64,000 bases of DNA from Candidatus Woesearchaeota archaeon (lineage in GTDB: Archaea; Nanobdellota; Nanobdellia; SCGC-AAA011-G17; JAFCDX01): contig JAFCDX010000002.1 of NCBI GenBank assembly GCA_017609465.1, positions 11,881 to 75,880 of the forward strand, given 5' to 3'. The notes below the pieces were generated by a model. The model searched no databases. It was not told the DNA's origin and saw only the letters and a program-made list of their open reading frames with translations. A program made the translations under genes and the position numbers. Shown here piece by piece: positions 38,559 to 50,438 of this stretch. Each line of letters opens with the position of its first letter. The stretch's first letter is position 1.

Positions 38559-39077
38559 TTATTTAGAATAAATAACTTTCTCATTGATTTTTGATATTAC
38601 TGGAGAAGAGAATTCATAATTTTTAAAAATTCCATCAACAGATGATAAAAATACATCTACATTTTCAACATTGTCTTTCCATTGATATTTTAATTTTCTA
38701 ATAAATTTTTCATAATCTTTTAAATCTTCATGAAGAGAAATAATTAAATCTGTCTTACTTCCAACTCCTTCTCCCTTAACAAATAAGATAATCTCTGGCA
38801 GTGATTTTATAAATTTAATTGTTGCTTCTAATTCTTCTGATTTTGAATAATCTCTCCATCTGTATAAAACAACTGCCTGAAGATTTAAACCAATTTTTTC
38901 AAAATCAATTAACGAAGTATAACCCTTTATTATGTCTTTTTTCTCTAATTTTTTTCTAATTTTTAATATTGTAGGTCTTGAAGTTTTTAGTTTTCTTGCT
39001 ATTTCTTGGTCTGATATTTTACAATTTTTAATTAATTCTTCTAATACTTGCTTTTCTCTTAATGTTAGATTTATCAT
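38559..39077 (-). CDS. Lrp/AsnC-family transcription regulator
   Basis: N-terminal HTH (LREKQVLEELIKNCKISDQEIARKLKTSRPTILKIRKKLEKKDIIKGYT) plus a C-terminal RAM-like alpha/beta domain. Confidence 0.7.
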   Translation of the reverse strand: MINLTLREKQVLEELIKNCKISDQEIARKLKTSRPTILKIRKKLEKKDIIKGYTSLIDFEKIGLNLQAVVLYRWRDYSKSEELEATIKFIKSLPEIILFVKGEGVGSKTDLIISLHEDLKDYEKFIRKLKYQWKDNVENVDVFLSSVDGIFKNYEFSSPVISKINEKVIYSK

Positions 39078-39086
39078 AATTTTTAT

Positions 39087-39136
39087 TAGATACTATATGC
39101 TATATAAATTTTACTAATTATTACATATAGTATCTA
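39087..39136. promoter_or_regulatory. Perfect 13-bp inverted repeat bracketing a TATA box (candidate operator)
   Basis: TAGATACTATATG (39087-39099) and its exact reverse complement CATATAGTATCTA (39124-39136). The 24-nt spacer contains TATATAAAT (39101-39109), 24-32 nt upstream of the Lrp start at 39077. Confidence 0.55.
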
Positions 39137-39161
39137 TTTTTTAATATTTTAGGAAAAAAAG

Positions 39162-39170
39162 TATATAAAT
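39162..39170 (+). promoter_or_regulatory. Candidate TATA box of the groES-groEL operon
   Basis: Second copy of TATATAAAT. It predicts a transcription start near 39195, just before the AAGGAGG at 39204. Confidence 0.35.
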
Positions 39171-39240
39171 AGTAATGTATTAAACAAATTTGAAAACAAA
39201 AATAAGGAGGATTAAATTGATTAATTATTTATTTCAGCAA

Positions 39241-39299
39241 AAGGAAGCTTTTAAGACTCCTTCGCTGGAAATGCCAAGGAATAGCTTAGGAGCTTCCTT
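39241..39299 (+). promoter_or_regulatory. Imperfect 59-nt hairpin in the groES leader
   Basis: AAGGAAGCT (39241-49) pairs with AGCTTCCTT (39291-99). Inner pairs are TTTAAG/CTTAGG, TCCTT/AAGGA and TGG/CCA around an AAATG loop. The hairpin ends 27 nt before the groES ATG. Confidence 0.45.
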
Positions 39300-39325
39300 T
39301 GATTGTTAATCAATGTAACAAGAAA

Positions 39326-41219
<1,894 letters not shown>

Positions 41220-41245
41220 AATAATTGAAAGGAGGTAAAAATAAA

Positions 41246-41698
41246 ATGTTTGAAGATATATTTGAGGAAATGAGAAGGCTTCAAAATGAAATAAATAGAA
41301 GTTTTGGAGACTTTTGGGAAAGTGATAGATTTAAAACTCTTCCAGATTACACCGGAAAGAAAAGAGCTTTAGCACTTAGAAGTCCTTTAACAGATTTAGA
41401 AGAAACTGATAAAAATATAATTGCTAAGTTTGAAATGCCTGGTGTGGATAAAAAAGACATTCAACTTAATATAACTGAAGACAAGATTGAAGTTAAAGTT
41501 GAAAAGAAACAAGAGGCTAAAGTTGAGAAAAAAGGATTTTACAGGGAAGAAAGAAGCTATAGAGGATTTTATAGAGCAATGGCTCTACCAAGCAATGTAA
41601 TTCCTGAAAAAGCTAAAGCAAAATATAAAGATGGAATCCTTGAAGTCACAATACCAAAAGCTAAAGTCAAGAAGAAAAACAAAATTGAAATTGAATAA
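41246..41698 (+). CDS. hsp20: Small heat-shock protein Hsp20/alpha-crystallin
   Basis: Start set at ATG 41246, after a GGAGG. Alpha-crystallin core (PLTDLEETDKNIIAKFEMPGVDKKDIQLNI...GFYRAMALP...AKYKDGILEVTIPK). Confidence 0.85.
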   Translation: MFEDIFEEMRRLQNEINRSFGDFWESDRFKTLPDYTGKKRALALRSPLTDLEETDKNIIAKFEMPGVDKKDIQLNITEDKIEVKVEKKQEAKVEKKGFYREERSYRGFYRAMALPSNVIPEKAKAKYKDGILEVTIPKAKVKKKNKIEIE

Positions 41699-41741
41699 TT
41701 TTTTACTTAATTTTATTTTTTAATGTTCACATAAAAATACA

Positions 41742-42338
41742 ATGAAACAAGAAAAAATCCAAAGTTCAGAGAAAAAAGTAGAAAAGTTATCTGAAGAAAT
41801 AAATAATGAAAGTAAGAAAATAATCAAAGAAAAAGAAAAAATTAAGAATGGGGTTGAAGAACTGAAAAAACAATTAGAAGAATCTAAAAAATTAGCAGAA
41901 GAAAGATTAAATCAGATAAAATATTTACGAGCAGATATTGATAACTTGAGGAAAAGATTTGAGAAAGAGAAAGCAGAGGTTATTAAATCAGCAAATGACT
42001 CTTTGATAAAAGAACTACTAGTTGTTTTGGATGCTTTTGATGCAGCTATAAAAATTAGTGAGGGAGAAAGTAAAAAAGGATTGTTAATGCTTGAGAAAAA
42101 GTTTTTTGATATATTAGTAGAGCATGGATTAGAAGAAATTGAAGCAATAGGAAAGCAATTTAATCCAAATTTTCACGAGGCGTTATGCAATGAATTTAGT
42201 AAAAAACAAGATAATGAAGTTATTGAAGTAATTCAAAAAGGTTACACTTTAAATTCTAAAGTTATTAGGACAAGTAAAGTTAAAGTATCAAAAGGTTTAA
42301 AAAAACAAGATAGAATTGAAAATAATAAGGAGAATTAA
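41742..42338 (+). CDS. grpE: Nucleotide exchange factor GrpE
   Basis: Coiled-coil N-terminus, [16 protein letters not shown] block ([16 protein letters not shown]), FDPNFHEA-like block (FNPNFHEAL). Confidence 0.85.
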   Translation: MKQEKIQSSEKKVEKLSEEINNESKKIIKEKEKIKNGVEELKKQLEESKKLAEERLNQIKYLRADIDNLRKRFEKEKAEVIKSANDSLIKELLVVLDAFDAAIKISEGESKKGLLMLEKKFFDILVEHGLEEIEAIGKQFNPNFHEALCNEFSKKQDNEVIEVIQKGYTLNSKVIRTSKVKVSKGLKKQDRIENNKEN

Positions 42339-42339
42339 A

Positions 42340-44226
42340 ATGGCAGAAAAAACAAAAAAAGAAAAAATTATTGGAATTGATTTGGGAACTTCAAATAGTC
42401 AAGTATCTGTTGTAATGGGTGGCAAACCTACTATTATTCCTTCAGCAGAAGGAGCAACAGTAGCAGGAAAAATGTTTCCTTCAGTTGTAGCTTTCACTAA
42501 AGATAATCAATTATTAGTTGGAGAACCTGCAAGAAGACAAGCTGTTAATAATCCAGAAGGAACAATAAGTGCTGCAAAAAGAAAAATAGGAACTTCTCAT
42601 AAATATAAAATTAGAGGAAAAGAATACACTCCTCAACAAATATCTGCTTTTGTTTTGCAAAAAATAAAAAAAGATGCAGAAGAATTTTTAGGAGAACCAA
42701 TTAAAAAAGCTGTTATAACTGTTCCTGCTTATTTTAATGATAATCAAAGAACAGCAACAAAAGATGCTGGTAAAATAGCTGGTTTAGAAGTTGTTAGATT
42801 AGTTAATGAACCAACAGCAGCTTCAATGGCTTATGGACTAGACAAAGAAGGAGAACATAAGATTTTGGTTTTTGATTTTGGTGGCGGAACTCTAGATGTT
42901 ACTATAATGGAATTTGGCGATGGAACTTTTACAGTGTTATCAACATCAGGAGATACAAATTTAGGTGGAACAGATATGGATGAAACATTATTAAAAGATG
43001 TTGTAAAAAATTTTAAGGATAAAGAGGGAATTGATTTAAGTGAAGATGATTCTGCATTGCAAAGAGTTAGAGAAGCTGTTGAAAAAGCTAAAATTGAATT
43101 GTCAAGTGTTTTAGAGACAGAAATTAATCTTCCTTATATAACAGCTACTGACAAAGGACCTAAACATTTAAATGAAAAAATAACAAGGTCAAAACTAGAA
43201 AAACTAATCCAGCCAATTATAGACCAATGTAAAAAACCAATTGAACAAGCAATAAAAGACGCAAAACTAAAAAAAGAAAATATTGACAAGATAATTTTAG
43301 TTGGTGGACCTACAAGAATGCCTGTTATTCAAAAATTTGTTGAAGATTTTATAGGTAAAAAAGTTGAAAGGGGAATTGATCCTATGGAATGTGTTGCACA
43401 AGGAGCAGCAATACAAGGAGCTGTTCTTGCAGGAGATATCAAGGATTTAGTTTTATTAGATGTAACCCCATTAACTTTAGGAATTGAAACATTAGGAGAA
43501 GTTATGACTCCATTAATTGAAAGAAATACAACAATTCCTACTAAAAAAAGTCAGATATTTTCAACTGCAGCTGATTTTCAGACAGCAGTTACTATTCATG
43601 TTTTGCAGGGTGAAAGATCTATGGCAAAAGATAATACGAGTTTAGGAAATTTTAATTTAGTTGGAATTCCTCCTGCTCCAAAGGGAGTGCCACAAATAGA
43701 AGTTACTTTTGATATTGATGCTTCAGGAATTTTGCATGTAACAGCTAAAGATTTAGGAACTGGAAAAGAGCAAAAAATGACAATCACTGCTTCAACAAAA
43801 TTATCAGACTCAGAAGTTGAAAAAATGATTAAAGAAGCTGAAGAACATGCAGAAGAAGATAAAAAAAGAAAACAAGAAGTTGAAGCTAAAAATGCTTTAG
43901 ATTCATTGATTTATGCTTCAGAAAAAACTATTTCTGAATTAGGAGATAAAATTGATAAGGATAAGAAGAAAGAGATTGAAAAATCTTTAGAAAATGCTAA
44001 GAAGATTTTAGAAGAAGGGAATATAGATAAAATTAAAGAAGAAACTGAAAAATTGCAAAAAGTTGTTCAGGAAGCAGGATCTAAAATTTATGAAGAAGCT
44101 GCTAAAAAAGCTGCAGAAGAACAAGCAAAGGCAAAGACAGAAGTAGAAGATGAATCTAAAGAAAAGAAAGAAAAAGGAAAAAGTGATGCAGTAGATGCAG
44201 AGTATGAAGTTGAAGAAGATAAATAA
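42340..44226 (+). CDS. dnaK: Chaperone DnaK (Hsp70)
   Basis: Start set at ATG 42340 ([20 protein letters not shown]), after an AAGGAGA. Has [27 protein letters not shown]. Confidence 0.95.
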   Translation: MAEKTKKEKIIGIDLGTSNSQVSVVMGGKPTIIPSAEGATVAGKMFPSVVAFTKDNQLLVGEPARRQAVNNPEGTISAAKRKIGTSHKYKIRGKEYTPQQISAFVLQKIKKDAEEFLGEPIKKAVITVPAYFNDNQRTATKDAGKIAGLEVVRLVNEPTAASMAYGLDKEGEHKILVFDFGGGTLDVTIMEFGDGTFTVLSTSGDTNLGGTDMDETLLKDVVKNFKDKEGIDLSEDDSALQRVREAVEKAKIELSSVLETEINLPYITATDKGPKHLNEKITRSKLEKLIQPIIDQCKKPIEQAIKDAKLKKENIDKIILVGGPTRMPVIQKFVEDFIGKKVERGIDPMECVAQGAAIQGAVLAGDIKDLVLLDVTPLTLGIETLGEVMTPLIERNTTIPTKKSQIFSTAADFQTAVTIHVLQGERSMAKDNTSLGNFNLVGIPPAPKGVPQIEVTFDIDASGILHVTAKDLGTGKEQKMTITASTKLSDSEVEKMIKEAEEHAEEDKKRKQEVEAKNALDSLIYASEKTISELGDKIDKDKKKEIEKSLENAKKILEEGNIDKIKEETEKLQKVVQEAGSKIYEEAAKKAAEEQAKAKTEVEDESKEKKEKGKSDAVDAEYEVEEDK

Positions 44227-44273
44227 GTTTTAAAAATATAACCTCTCTTTTTTTAATATATTAATTACTCAAA

Positions 44274-45329
44274 ATGCCAAAAAAAGATTATTATAAAGTA
44301 TTAGGAATAAACAAAGATTCTTCTCAAGAAGAAATTAAAAAAGCTTTCAGGCAGTTAGCAAGAAAGTATCATCCTGATGTTAATAAAGATGCTGGAGCCG
44401 AAGATAAATTTAAAGAGATAAATGAGGCATTTCAAGTTTTAGGCAATCCAGAGAAAAAATCTCAATATGACCAATTTGGAACATCAGCATTTAGTCAAGA
44501 AGATTTAAGAGGTTTTAGAAACCAAAGATTTGACTTTGATGAGCTATTTAGAGATTTTGGTTTTGGAGATATTTTTGATATATTTAATTATGGCAGAAGA
44601 AGAGAAGATGAAAATTATGAAGAAGGTGTAGATTTAAGATATGACTTAGAGATTACTTTAGAAGATTCTTTTTATGGTATTGAAAAAACAATTAAGGTTC
44701 CTATTCATGAAATATGCAAAAGATGTAATGGACAAGGTGCTGAAGAAAAATATCTAAAAGAGTGTGATAAATGTGGTGGAAATGGAAAATTAAAAATTGC
44801 AAGAAGACAAGGATTTACGCAATTTGTAACAATAACATCTTGCGATAAATGTCATGGCAGGGGAAAGATTGTCTTTAAAGATTGTAATGTTTGTAAAGGG
44901 AAAGGAAAAATAGAAAAAATACAAAAAATAAATTTAAAAATTCCCAGAGGAGTAAATGACGGACAATATTTAAGATTAGAAGGCAAAGGAGGATTAGGTA
45001 AAAATGCTCCTTCAGGAGATTTATATGTTGTTGTTCATATAAAAGAGCATCCTGTATTTAACAGAGAAGATGAAAATTTATTTTTAGACAAAAAAATTGA
45101 TTTAACAACTGCAATATTTGGCGGAAAAATTGAAATAAAAAATATTGATAAAAAAATAAATTTAAAAATTCCTGGTGGAACTCAAAGCCATACTTCTTTT
45201 AGGCTTAAAGAGCAAGGTATGCCTTTATTAAATTCAAAACAAAGAGGGGATTTATTTGTTAGAATCATTGTTGAAATTCCAAAATTAAGTAAACTTAAAG
45301 AGAAGTTTTTTAAGAAGTTGTTTACATAA
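44274..45329 (+). CDS. dnaJ: Co-chaperone DnaJ (type I)
   Basis: J domain with the HPD motif (KYHPDVN), G/F-like linker, and four CxxCxGxG zinc-finger repeats ([32 protein letters not shown]). Confidence 0.9.
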   Translation: MPKKDYYKVLGINKDSSQEEIKKAFRQLARKYHPDVNKDAGAEDKFKEINEAFQVLGNPEKKSQYDQFGTSAFSQEDLRGFRNQRFDFDELFRDFGFGDIFDIFNYGRRREDENYEEGVDLRYDLEITLEDSFYGIEKTIKVPIHEICKRCNGQGAEEKYLKECDKCGGNGKLKIARRQGFTQFVTITSCDKCHGRGKIVFKDCNVCKGKGKIEKIQKINLKIPRGVNDGQYLRLEGKGGLGKNAPSGDLYVVVHIKEHPVFNREDENLFLDKKIDLTTAIFGGKIEIKNIDKKINLKIPGGTQSHTSFRLKEQGMPLLNSKQRGDLFVRIIVEIPKLSKLKEKFFKKLFT

Positions 45330-45468
45330 AATACAAAACTAATAGATTAAACTTAGGGTTAACTTCAAAGAGGAGATTATATCAAAATTACCAACCGTTT
45401 ATGCCAAATGAATATAAAAAGATAAATTTATAAATAAAAAATAATTGTTTTATATAAAAAGAGGGAAT

Positions 45469-48234
45469 ATGAAATTTCACATTATAATATTAATTTTGTT
45501 AATAGCAAGTTTTACTTATGCAGCAGATTTTTCAGTAACTCTTGATAAGGATGAATATGGAAAGCAAAGTGATTTGAGTGGGATTATAGATATTGATATA
45601 AATGATGTTCCTTATGACTCCAAATTGATTTTTGATATTGATGGAAGTTCTTATGAATTTAACATGACAGAGATCTGCAGTTTTGCATCTGGTTCATGCG
45701 GCAAAAAAGATTCAGAATTTACGATACTGGAATTGCTTAATAATCCTGAGATAGTTTTTGATAATGCAGGAACTAATACAGATTATGGAATTGCATTATA
45801 TGGTAGCAGTATTGATGTTGAAACTTCTTCTTTTGATATTGAAGGAAAACAAAAAGATGGTTCTTATCCAAGCTCTGTAAAGGTGGATGTTGGTTCTGAC
45901 GGGGAGTTTGATTGGAATTACATTGGGGATTTCTTGTTAGATGAAAATAATAATTATGTTATAGAAAAAATACCCACAATATATCTTAAAGATCTTGAAT
46001 ATGACTTGAAATCAGTAATATGGGGTTCCGGAAAAACAGAATATTGCGAAAAAATAGAGATACCTGTGACAAAGAGATTAAGAGTATCTGCTTATGTAAA
46101 GCAATACACTGATGATGATGAAGCAGGAAAAATTGGATATTTGAGTGCAAGAATAAGAGATTCCAATATGAATATATTAAACAATGATTTGGGTTATTCT
46201 GCTAATTGTTTTATGAATGAACCTTCTACTTCATGGACATGGTCTTCGTGTGACATTGAAGATATAACAATAAAAGAAGGAAGGGATTATTATATTTGTG
46301 TATATTCAAGTCCTGATGTTGATGAAGGAGCTCCATCCAGAGATTTAATATATTATGAAATAGCAACTGAAAAAAACAGCAATGTTAACAGAGGATATAA
46401 ATGTAATTCTGTTTCTTGCGAATATGCAGATGATTTTGATTCAGATGATTTTGATTATTTCATAGAGTCCTTTTATTTTAAACATGATATGGATTTTAAT
46501 GTTAAGGAGACAATAGATGATGAAACTGCATCTTTAAATAGTTTGATGAATAGCATAGATTGTGATTATAGCTCCTCTTTTGATGGAGATAATTATTGCT
46601 TATTCCCATTAACATTTGTTTCAAAATCAGAAGGTAAGATAGAATTATCAAATCTTGATGTTTTGCATGATGATCTTGGGGAGGGTTCATTCTCAAAAAT
46701 AAATTTTGTTCCAGAGAAAGTTGATTATGATGAAAATATATCAATAGAATTGGATGATCTTAACTTGACAGCACCTTCTGAAATTGGAGATCATGAAATA
46801 AATGTTAAATTAAAATACGGGGAAGATGTTCTAAAAACACATTCTTATGATTTAAAGGTTATTGACGCCCCTGAAATAACTTTCAATATTCCTAAAACCA
46901 GTTTTGTTGGAAACGAAATAAGATTTAATGCTACGGTTACAGGAGGAACAGGGCCATATACTTATTCTTGGGATTTTGGGGATTTTGAAAACAGCAGTTC
47001 TTCAAGTCCCATGCATACATATACAATGGGTGATACTTATACTGTAAAATTAACAGTAAAAGATTCAAATGGAGTTTCAGTTACAAAAGAATTTGAAATT
47101 GAGATAGTTGAAATTGATGAAGTTCTAGAGCCTTTGCTTAACCAGACAGACGAGATATTAACGACAATATCCAATGAATTAAAAACCGGGCAGGGAGATG
47201 CTTCAGAAATTGCTTCAATACTTAATTTGAATTCAAGATTGGAAACTGCAAAAAACAATATATCTAATTTAAAACTGGAATACAAAAGCGCATTGTCAAC
47301 ATTTGAAAACAGAAATCAAAGATTAGTTAATATTTATAATAAATTAAAAAGTTTGAGAGAAGAAATCCCATTTAATATACAGGTTAATTCAATAAGTTAC
47401 AATTCAAAAGTAAGCTCTTCAAGCATTATAAGGGAGATAGGTTATGATGAAGACCTTATTAATGCACAAGGCCTGATAGATGTAAGTTCAAAAGCATATA
47501 TGGTTAACATAAATTATCTTTCCAATGATACAGAAAGTTTTGTTCTTATAAAAAAGGATGTTTCTTTACTGGAGGACGTTGAGGATGCATATATTTATGA
47601 ATACATTCCAAAGGAAACTACTTCAACTATATCAGAAGAAGATATATTAACACAAGGATTTGAGATTGTTGAAGAAGATCCTATATTAAGATTCCCAATA
47701 TCAGGAAGTTTGCAAATTTCCTATAAATTATATGGGGCTGATTTGAATTTAGCATCAAATGTAAACACAATATTGGTTGTTGAGGGTTATGATACAGGTT
47801 TTGAGTATGATGTTGAATGCGGAGATGGTAAATGCGATCCTTTGGAAGAGGATTATTGTGATATTGATTGTAGAAGAGACATCCCCTGGTTGTTGTATAT
47901 ATTTTTATTCTTGTTATTAGGAGGAGGTGTTTATTATATCAATTTCTATAAAGGAAAATGGAACTTCAAGCAATTGGCTAATTTCATTTCTGTAAAATTA
48001 AGGAAGAAAAGAATATTCACTTCAAAGCAGGATTTGATTAATCTTCAAAATTATATAAAGAAAACATTGAATTATGGCATGAATGAGAGACAGATAAGGT
48101 TTATTTTGGAGAAAAAGGGATGGACTAAAGAACAATTGGATTATGTCTTCAAAAAAATTAATAAAAAGAGCAAAAAGAAAAGTTTAAATAATAAAAAGAC
48201 GAATAATAAAAAGAGGTGGTTCGAATTCAAATAA
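45469..48234 (+). CDS. Large secreted/surface protein with PKD domain, C-terminal TM helix and lysine-rich tail
   Basis: Start set at ATG 45469 (MKFHIIILILLIASFTYA signal peptide). PKD domain around 46876-47105 (GGTGPYTYSWDFGD...YTVKLTVKDSNG). TM helix WLLYIFLFLLLGGGVYYI. K-rich cytoplasmic tail. Confidence 0.7.
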   Translation: MKFHIIILILLIASFTYAADFSVTLDKDEYGKQSDLSGIIDIDINDVPYDSKLIFDIDGSSYEFNMTEICSFASGSCGKKDSEFTILELLNNPEIVFDNAGTNTDYGIALYGSSIDVETSSFDIEGKQKDGSYPSSVKVDVGSDGEFDWNYIGDFLLDENNNYVIEKIPTIYLKDLEYDLKSVIWGSGKTEYCEKIEIPVTKRLRVSAYVKQYTDDDEAGKIGYLSARIRDSNMNILNNDLGYSANCFMNEPSTSWTWSSCDIEDITIKEGRDYYICVYSSPDVDEGAPSRDLIYYEIATEKNSNVNRGYKCNSVSCEYADDFDSDDFDYFIESFYFKHDMDFNVKETIDDETASLNSLMNSIDCDYSSSFDGDNYCLFPLTFVSKSEGKIELSNLDVLHDDLGEGSFSKINFVPEKVDYDENISIELDDLNLTAPSEIGDHEINVKLKYGEDVLKTHSYDLKVIDAPEITFNIPKTSFVGNEIRFNATVTGGTGPYTYSWDFGDFENSSSSSPMHTYTMGDTYTVKLTVKDSNGVSVTKEFEIEIVEIDEVLEPLLNQTDEILTTISNELKTGQGDASEIASILNLNSRLETAKNNISNLKLEYKSALSTFENRNQRLVNIYNKLKSLREEIPFNIQVNSISYNSKVSSSSIIREIGYDEDLINAQGLIDVSSKAYMVNINYLSNDTESFVLIKKDVSLLEDVEDAYIYEYIPKETTSTISEEDILTQGFEIVEEDPILRFPISGSLQISYKLYGADLNLASNVNTILVVEGYDTGFEYDVECGDGKCDPLEEDYCDIDCRRDIPWLLYIFLFLLLGGGVYYINFYKGKWNFKQLANFISVKLRKKRIFTSKQDLINLQNYIKKTLNYGMNERQIRFILEKKGWTKEQLDYVFKKINKKSKKKSLNNKKTNNKKRWFEFK

Positions 48235-48743
48235 AAGAGAGACATTTTATATTGAATATATTTTTATTATGTTTAGCTATATTCTTGATAATAGGATTTG
48301 TTTCTGGTTATGGAACTAATACTCCTGATACATTTGGGCATACTGCAGGAGAGTTAAGTATAACATTAAATGGAGTGACTAAAAATCTTAATGATGCAAT
48401 AACACAGGGAGATTTCGCTAATTATGTTCCGGGAAGAATCGTTGGTGGGGGAACATTATATCTTGAAGGGACTTCTAAAAAATGTGTTAGTTGGGGAGCT
48501 GCTGTATGTTCTGCTTTTAATAATGGTGAACTTTTTTGTCCTTCTCCTAATCCAAATTCATGTACTTATCGTTTGATAAAAGTTGAATGTACACATTCTG
48601 ACTGTAATGATGATGGAAATTATGTTTATAATACAGATAAAGATGGGGGTTTAATTATAGATCCCTTAACTAATATAGATGATAGGGGAGGTTATCTTTG
48701 TGTGGCAGGATTCCCCTCTGATTGTGGAACTGTGTTTGGATAA
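48216..48743 (+). CDS. Small secreted cysteine-rich protein (N-terminal TM/signal anchor)
   Basis: Hydrophobic FILNIFLLCLAIFLIIGFVSG segment followed by a 140-aa domain with 10 Cys. The start codon is uncertain: the GTG at 48216 overlaps the upstream gene. Confidence 0.5.
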   Translation: MVRIQIKERHFILNIFLLCLAIFLIIGFVSGYGTNTPDTFGHTAGELSITLNGVTKNLNDAITQGDFANYVPGRIVGGGTLYLEGTSKKCVSWGAAVCSAFNNGELFCPSPNPNSCTYRLIKVECTHSDCNDDGNYVYNTDKDGGLIIDPLTNIDDRGGYLCVAGFPSDCGTVFG

Positions 48744-48749
48744 ATTAAA

Positions 48750-50438
48750 ATGAAAAAAATATTATATTTAACAATGTTTTTAGTTTTGATTAATTCTGTT
48801 TCTGCATTAAATATTGGTGATTATACAATGCATGTTCTTGATTCTTCTGGTAATCCCATAGAAGGAGCAGATGTTGTTTTGCGTGATGTTAGTCCAGGTT
48901 TAATTGAAAATGATACCCTTGATGAACAGAAATGCATTACTGGAAGTGATGGATCCTGTACTTTTACAAATATTGATGATGAAGCAGACTATACTCTTAG
49001 AGTAATAAGGATTGGCTATGAAGATTATTATGATGGATCATATTTTGGGGGAAATGTAACTCTTACTGTAGGTTCTTCTGACCCTTGTAGATTGATAAAT
49101 TTGAATGATTTTACATGCTCAGGAGAAGTTATTTTGAGAATGTCTGGTAGTAATAACGCGCATGCAGAATTATCTTCCCAACCTTATAGTTATGGTGTTA
49201 ATTATCCTTATGCTGTTTGTTGTAAAGGAAACAATTTGGATTTCGATTGTTCTGGAAATAATGTTGTATTAAAATTAAGTGCAACAACAAATGCTCATGT
49301 TGAACAACCTGGAGGAAGTTATCCTGTTGATTTATGTTTGGATACTAATTGTGAAATTTCAGATACTGGTTCGACTTATAATTCTATTTTATTATCTATG
49401 TCATCTACAACTAATGCACATGTAGGTGGGAAAAATTCCTACTCACGTAAATTATATTGTGATATTGAAGAAGTAGTTTGTATAGATGCAGATGGGGATG
49501 GAGTTACAACTTGTGAAAATGATTGCGATGATAATGATGGTTCAATAAATCCTGGTGTTGAAGAATCAGTAGAAGCGGGAAATTGCGATGATGGAAAAGA
49601 TAATGATTGTGATGGTAGAATAGATTCTCCTACTTATGATGGTTGCCCTGTTCCAGAATGTGAATCTATAAGTGATTCTACAGAATGTAGAAGTATTGGT
49701 GATGGAACATCTTGTTATTATACAAATGAAGAATGTAAGAATTGTCCTTCTTCTCCTAATATATTAGATTGTTATAATGTTGATAATGAAGGCAATTGTT
49801 TGAATAATCCTTGTGGTTTGAATTGTCAATGGGATGATATTACAAATCCACAAAATCCTATATGTGAGCCAGTTATTATTCCAGAAGAAGATACAGACCA
49901 GATTCCTGATTCAGAAGATAATTGTAGATATGTAAATAATCAAGACCAGACAGATTCTGATGGAGATTGTCCCGGTGGTCCTTATTCATCAGATCCTGAG
50001 TGTGGTGATGCATGTGACGATGATTGTGGAACATATGCTCAAAATTGTCCAAATGATCCTGATTATGTTGATGATACAACAAATTCATGTGAATTACAAG
50101 GAGGAACAATATGTTCAAGCACACAGGAATGCTTATGGGGTCAGGAAGTAACCTCATCAGATTCAAGCAAATGCTGCTTGTATGGTGCATGCGGTTTTAT
50201 ACAAATATCTTTGTCAGGGGATGCTTCTTATTTGGTTGAAGAATCGGAATGCAGGGACCCAAACAAAGATGGAATAGGTAAAAAATTAGTTTCAAAGATA
50301 GTAGGAGGAAATATTGAAAGTCAATATGAAGAAGATTGTACAATACTGCCTTCATCACAAAAAGTTCCATTTTACACAGGTTTATCAGTATTATTAACAT
50401 TATTAATATTATCAGTATTTTATATTAGAAGAAAATGA
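48750..50438 (+). CDS. Secreted Cys/Asp-rich surface protein (CarboxypepD_reg-like N-domain, NAH repeats, TSP3/MopE-like acidic repeats, C-terminal TM anchor)
   Basis: Signal peptide MKKILYLTMFLVLINSVSA. HVLDSSGNPIEGADVVLRD beta-sandwich motif. DADGDGVTTCENDCDDNDGSINPG and DNCRYVNNQDQTDSDGDC acidic repeats. C-terminal VPFYTGLSVLLTLLILSVFYIRRK. Confidence 0.65.
   Translation: MKKILYLTMFLVLINSVSALNIGDYTMHVLDSSGNPIEGADVVLRDVSPGLIENDTLDEQKCITGSDGSCTFTNIDDEADYTLRVIRIGYEDYYDGSYFGGNVTLTVGSSDPCRLINLNDFTCSGEVILRMSGSNNAHAELSSQPYSYGVNYPYAVCCKGNNLDFDCSGNNVVLKLSATTNAHVEQPGGSYPVDLCLDTNCEISDTGSTYNSILLSMSSTTNAHVGGKNSYSRKLYCDIEEVVCIDADGDGVTTCENDCDDNDGSINPGVEESVEAGNCDDGKDNDCDGRIDSPTYDGCPVPECESISDSTECRSIGDGTSCYYTNEECKNCPSSPNILDCYNVDNEGNCLNNPCGLNCQWDDITNPQNPICEPVIIPEEDTDQIPDSEDNCRYVNNQDQTDSDGDCPGGPYSSDPECGDACDDDCGTYAQNCPNDPDYVDDTTNSCELQGGTICSSTQECLWGQEVTSSDSSKCCLYGACGFIQISLSGDASYLVEESECRDPNKDGIGKKLVSKIVGGNIESQYEEDCTILPSSQKVPFYTGLSVLLTLLILSVFYIRRK

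Noticed and set aside
39078-39325. Looked for a bacterial CIRCE element (TTAGCACTC-N9-GAGTGCTAA) upstream of groES.
   Set aside because: No convincing match. The only structured elements are the 13-bp inverted repeat and the leader hairpin, whose sequences are unrelated to CIRCE.
48090-48234. Lysine-rich C-terminal tail of the PKD surface protein (KKINKKSKKKSLNNKKTNNKKRWFEFK) as a possible separate feature or frameshift product.
   Set aside because: It is in frame and contiguous with the upstream TM helix. It is most simply a basic cytoplasmic tail, and A-rich coding is expected at this base composition.
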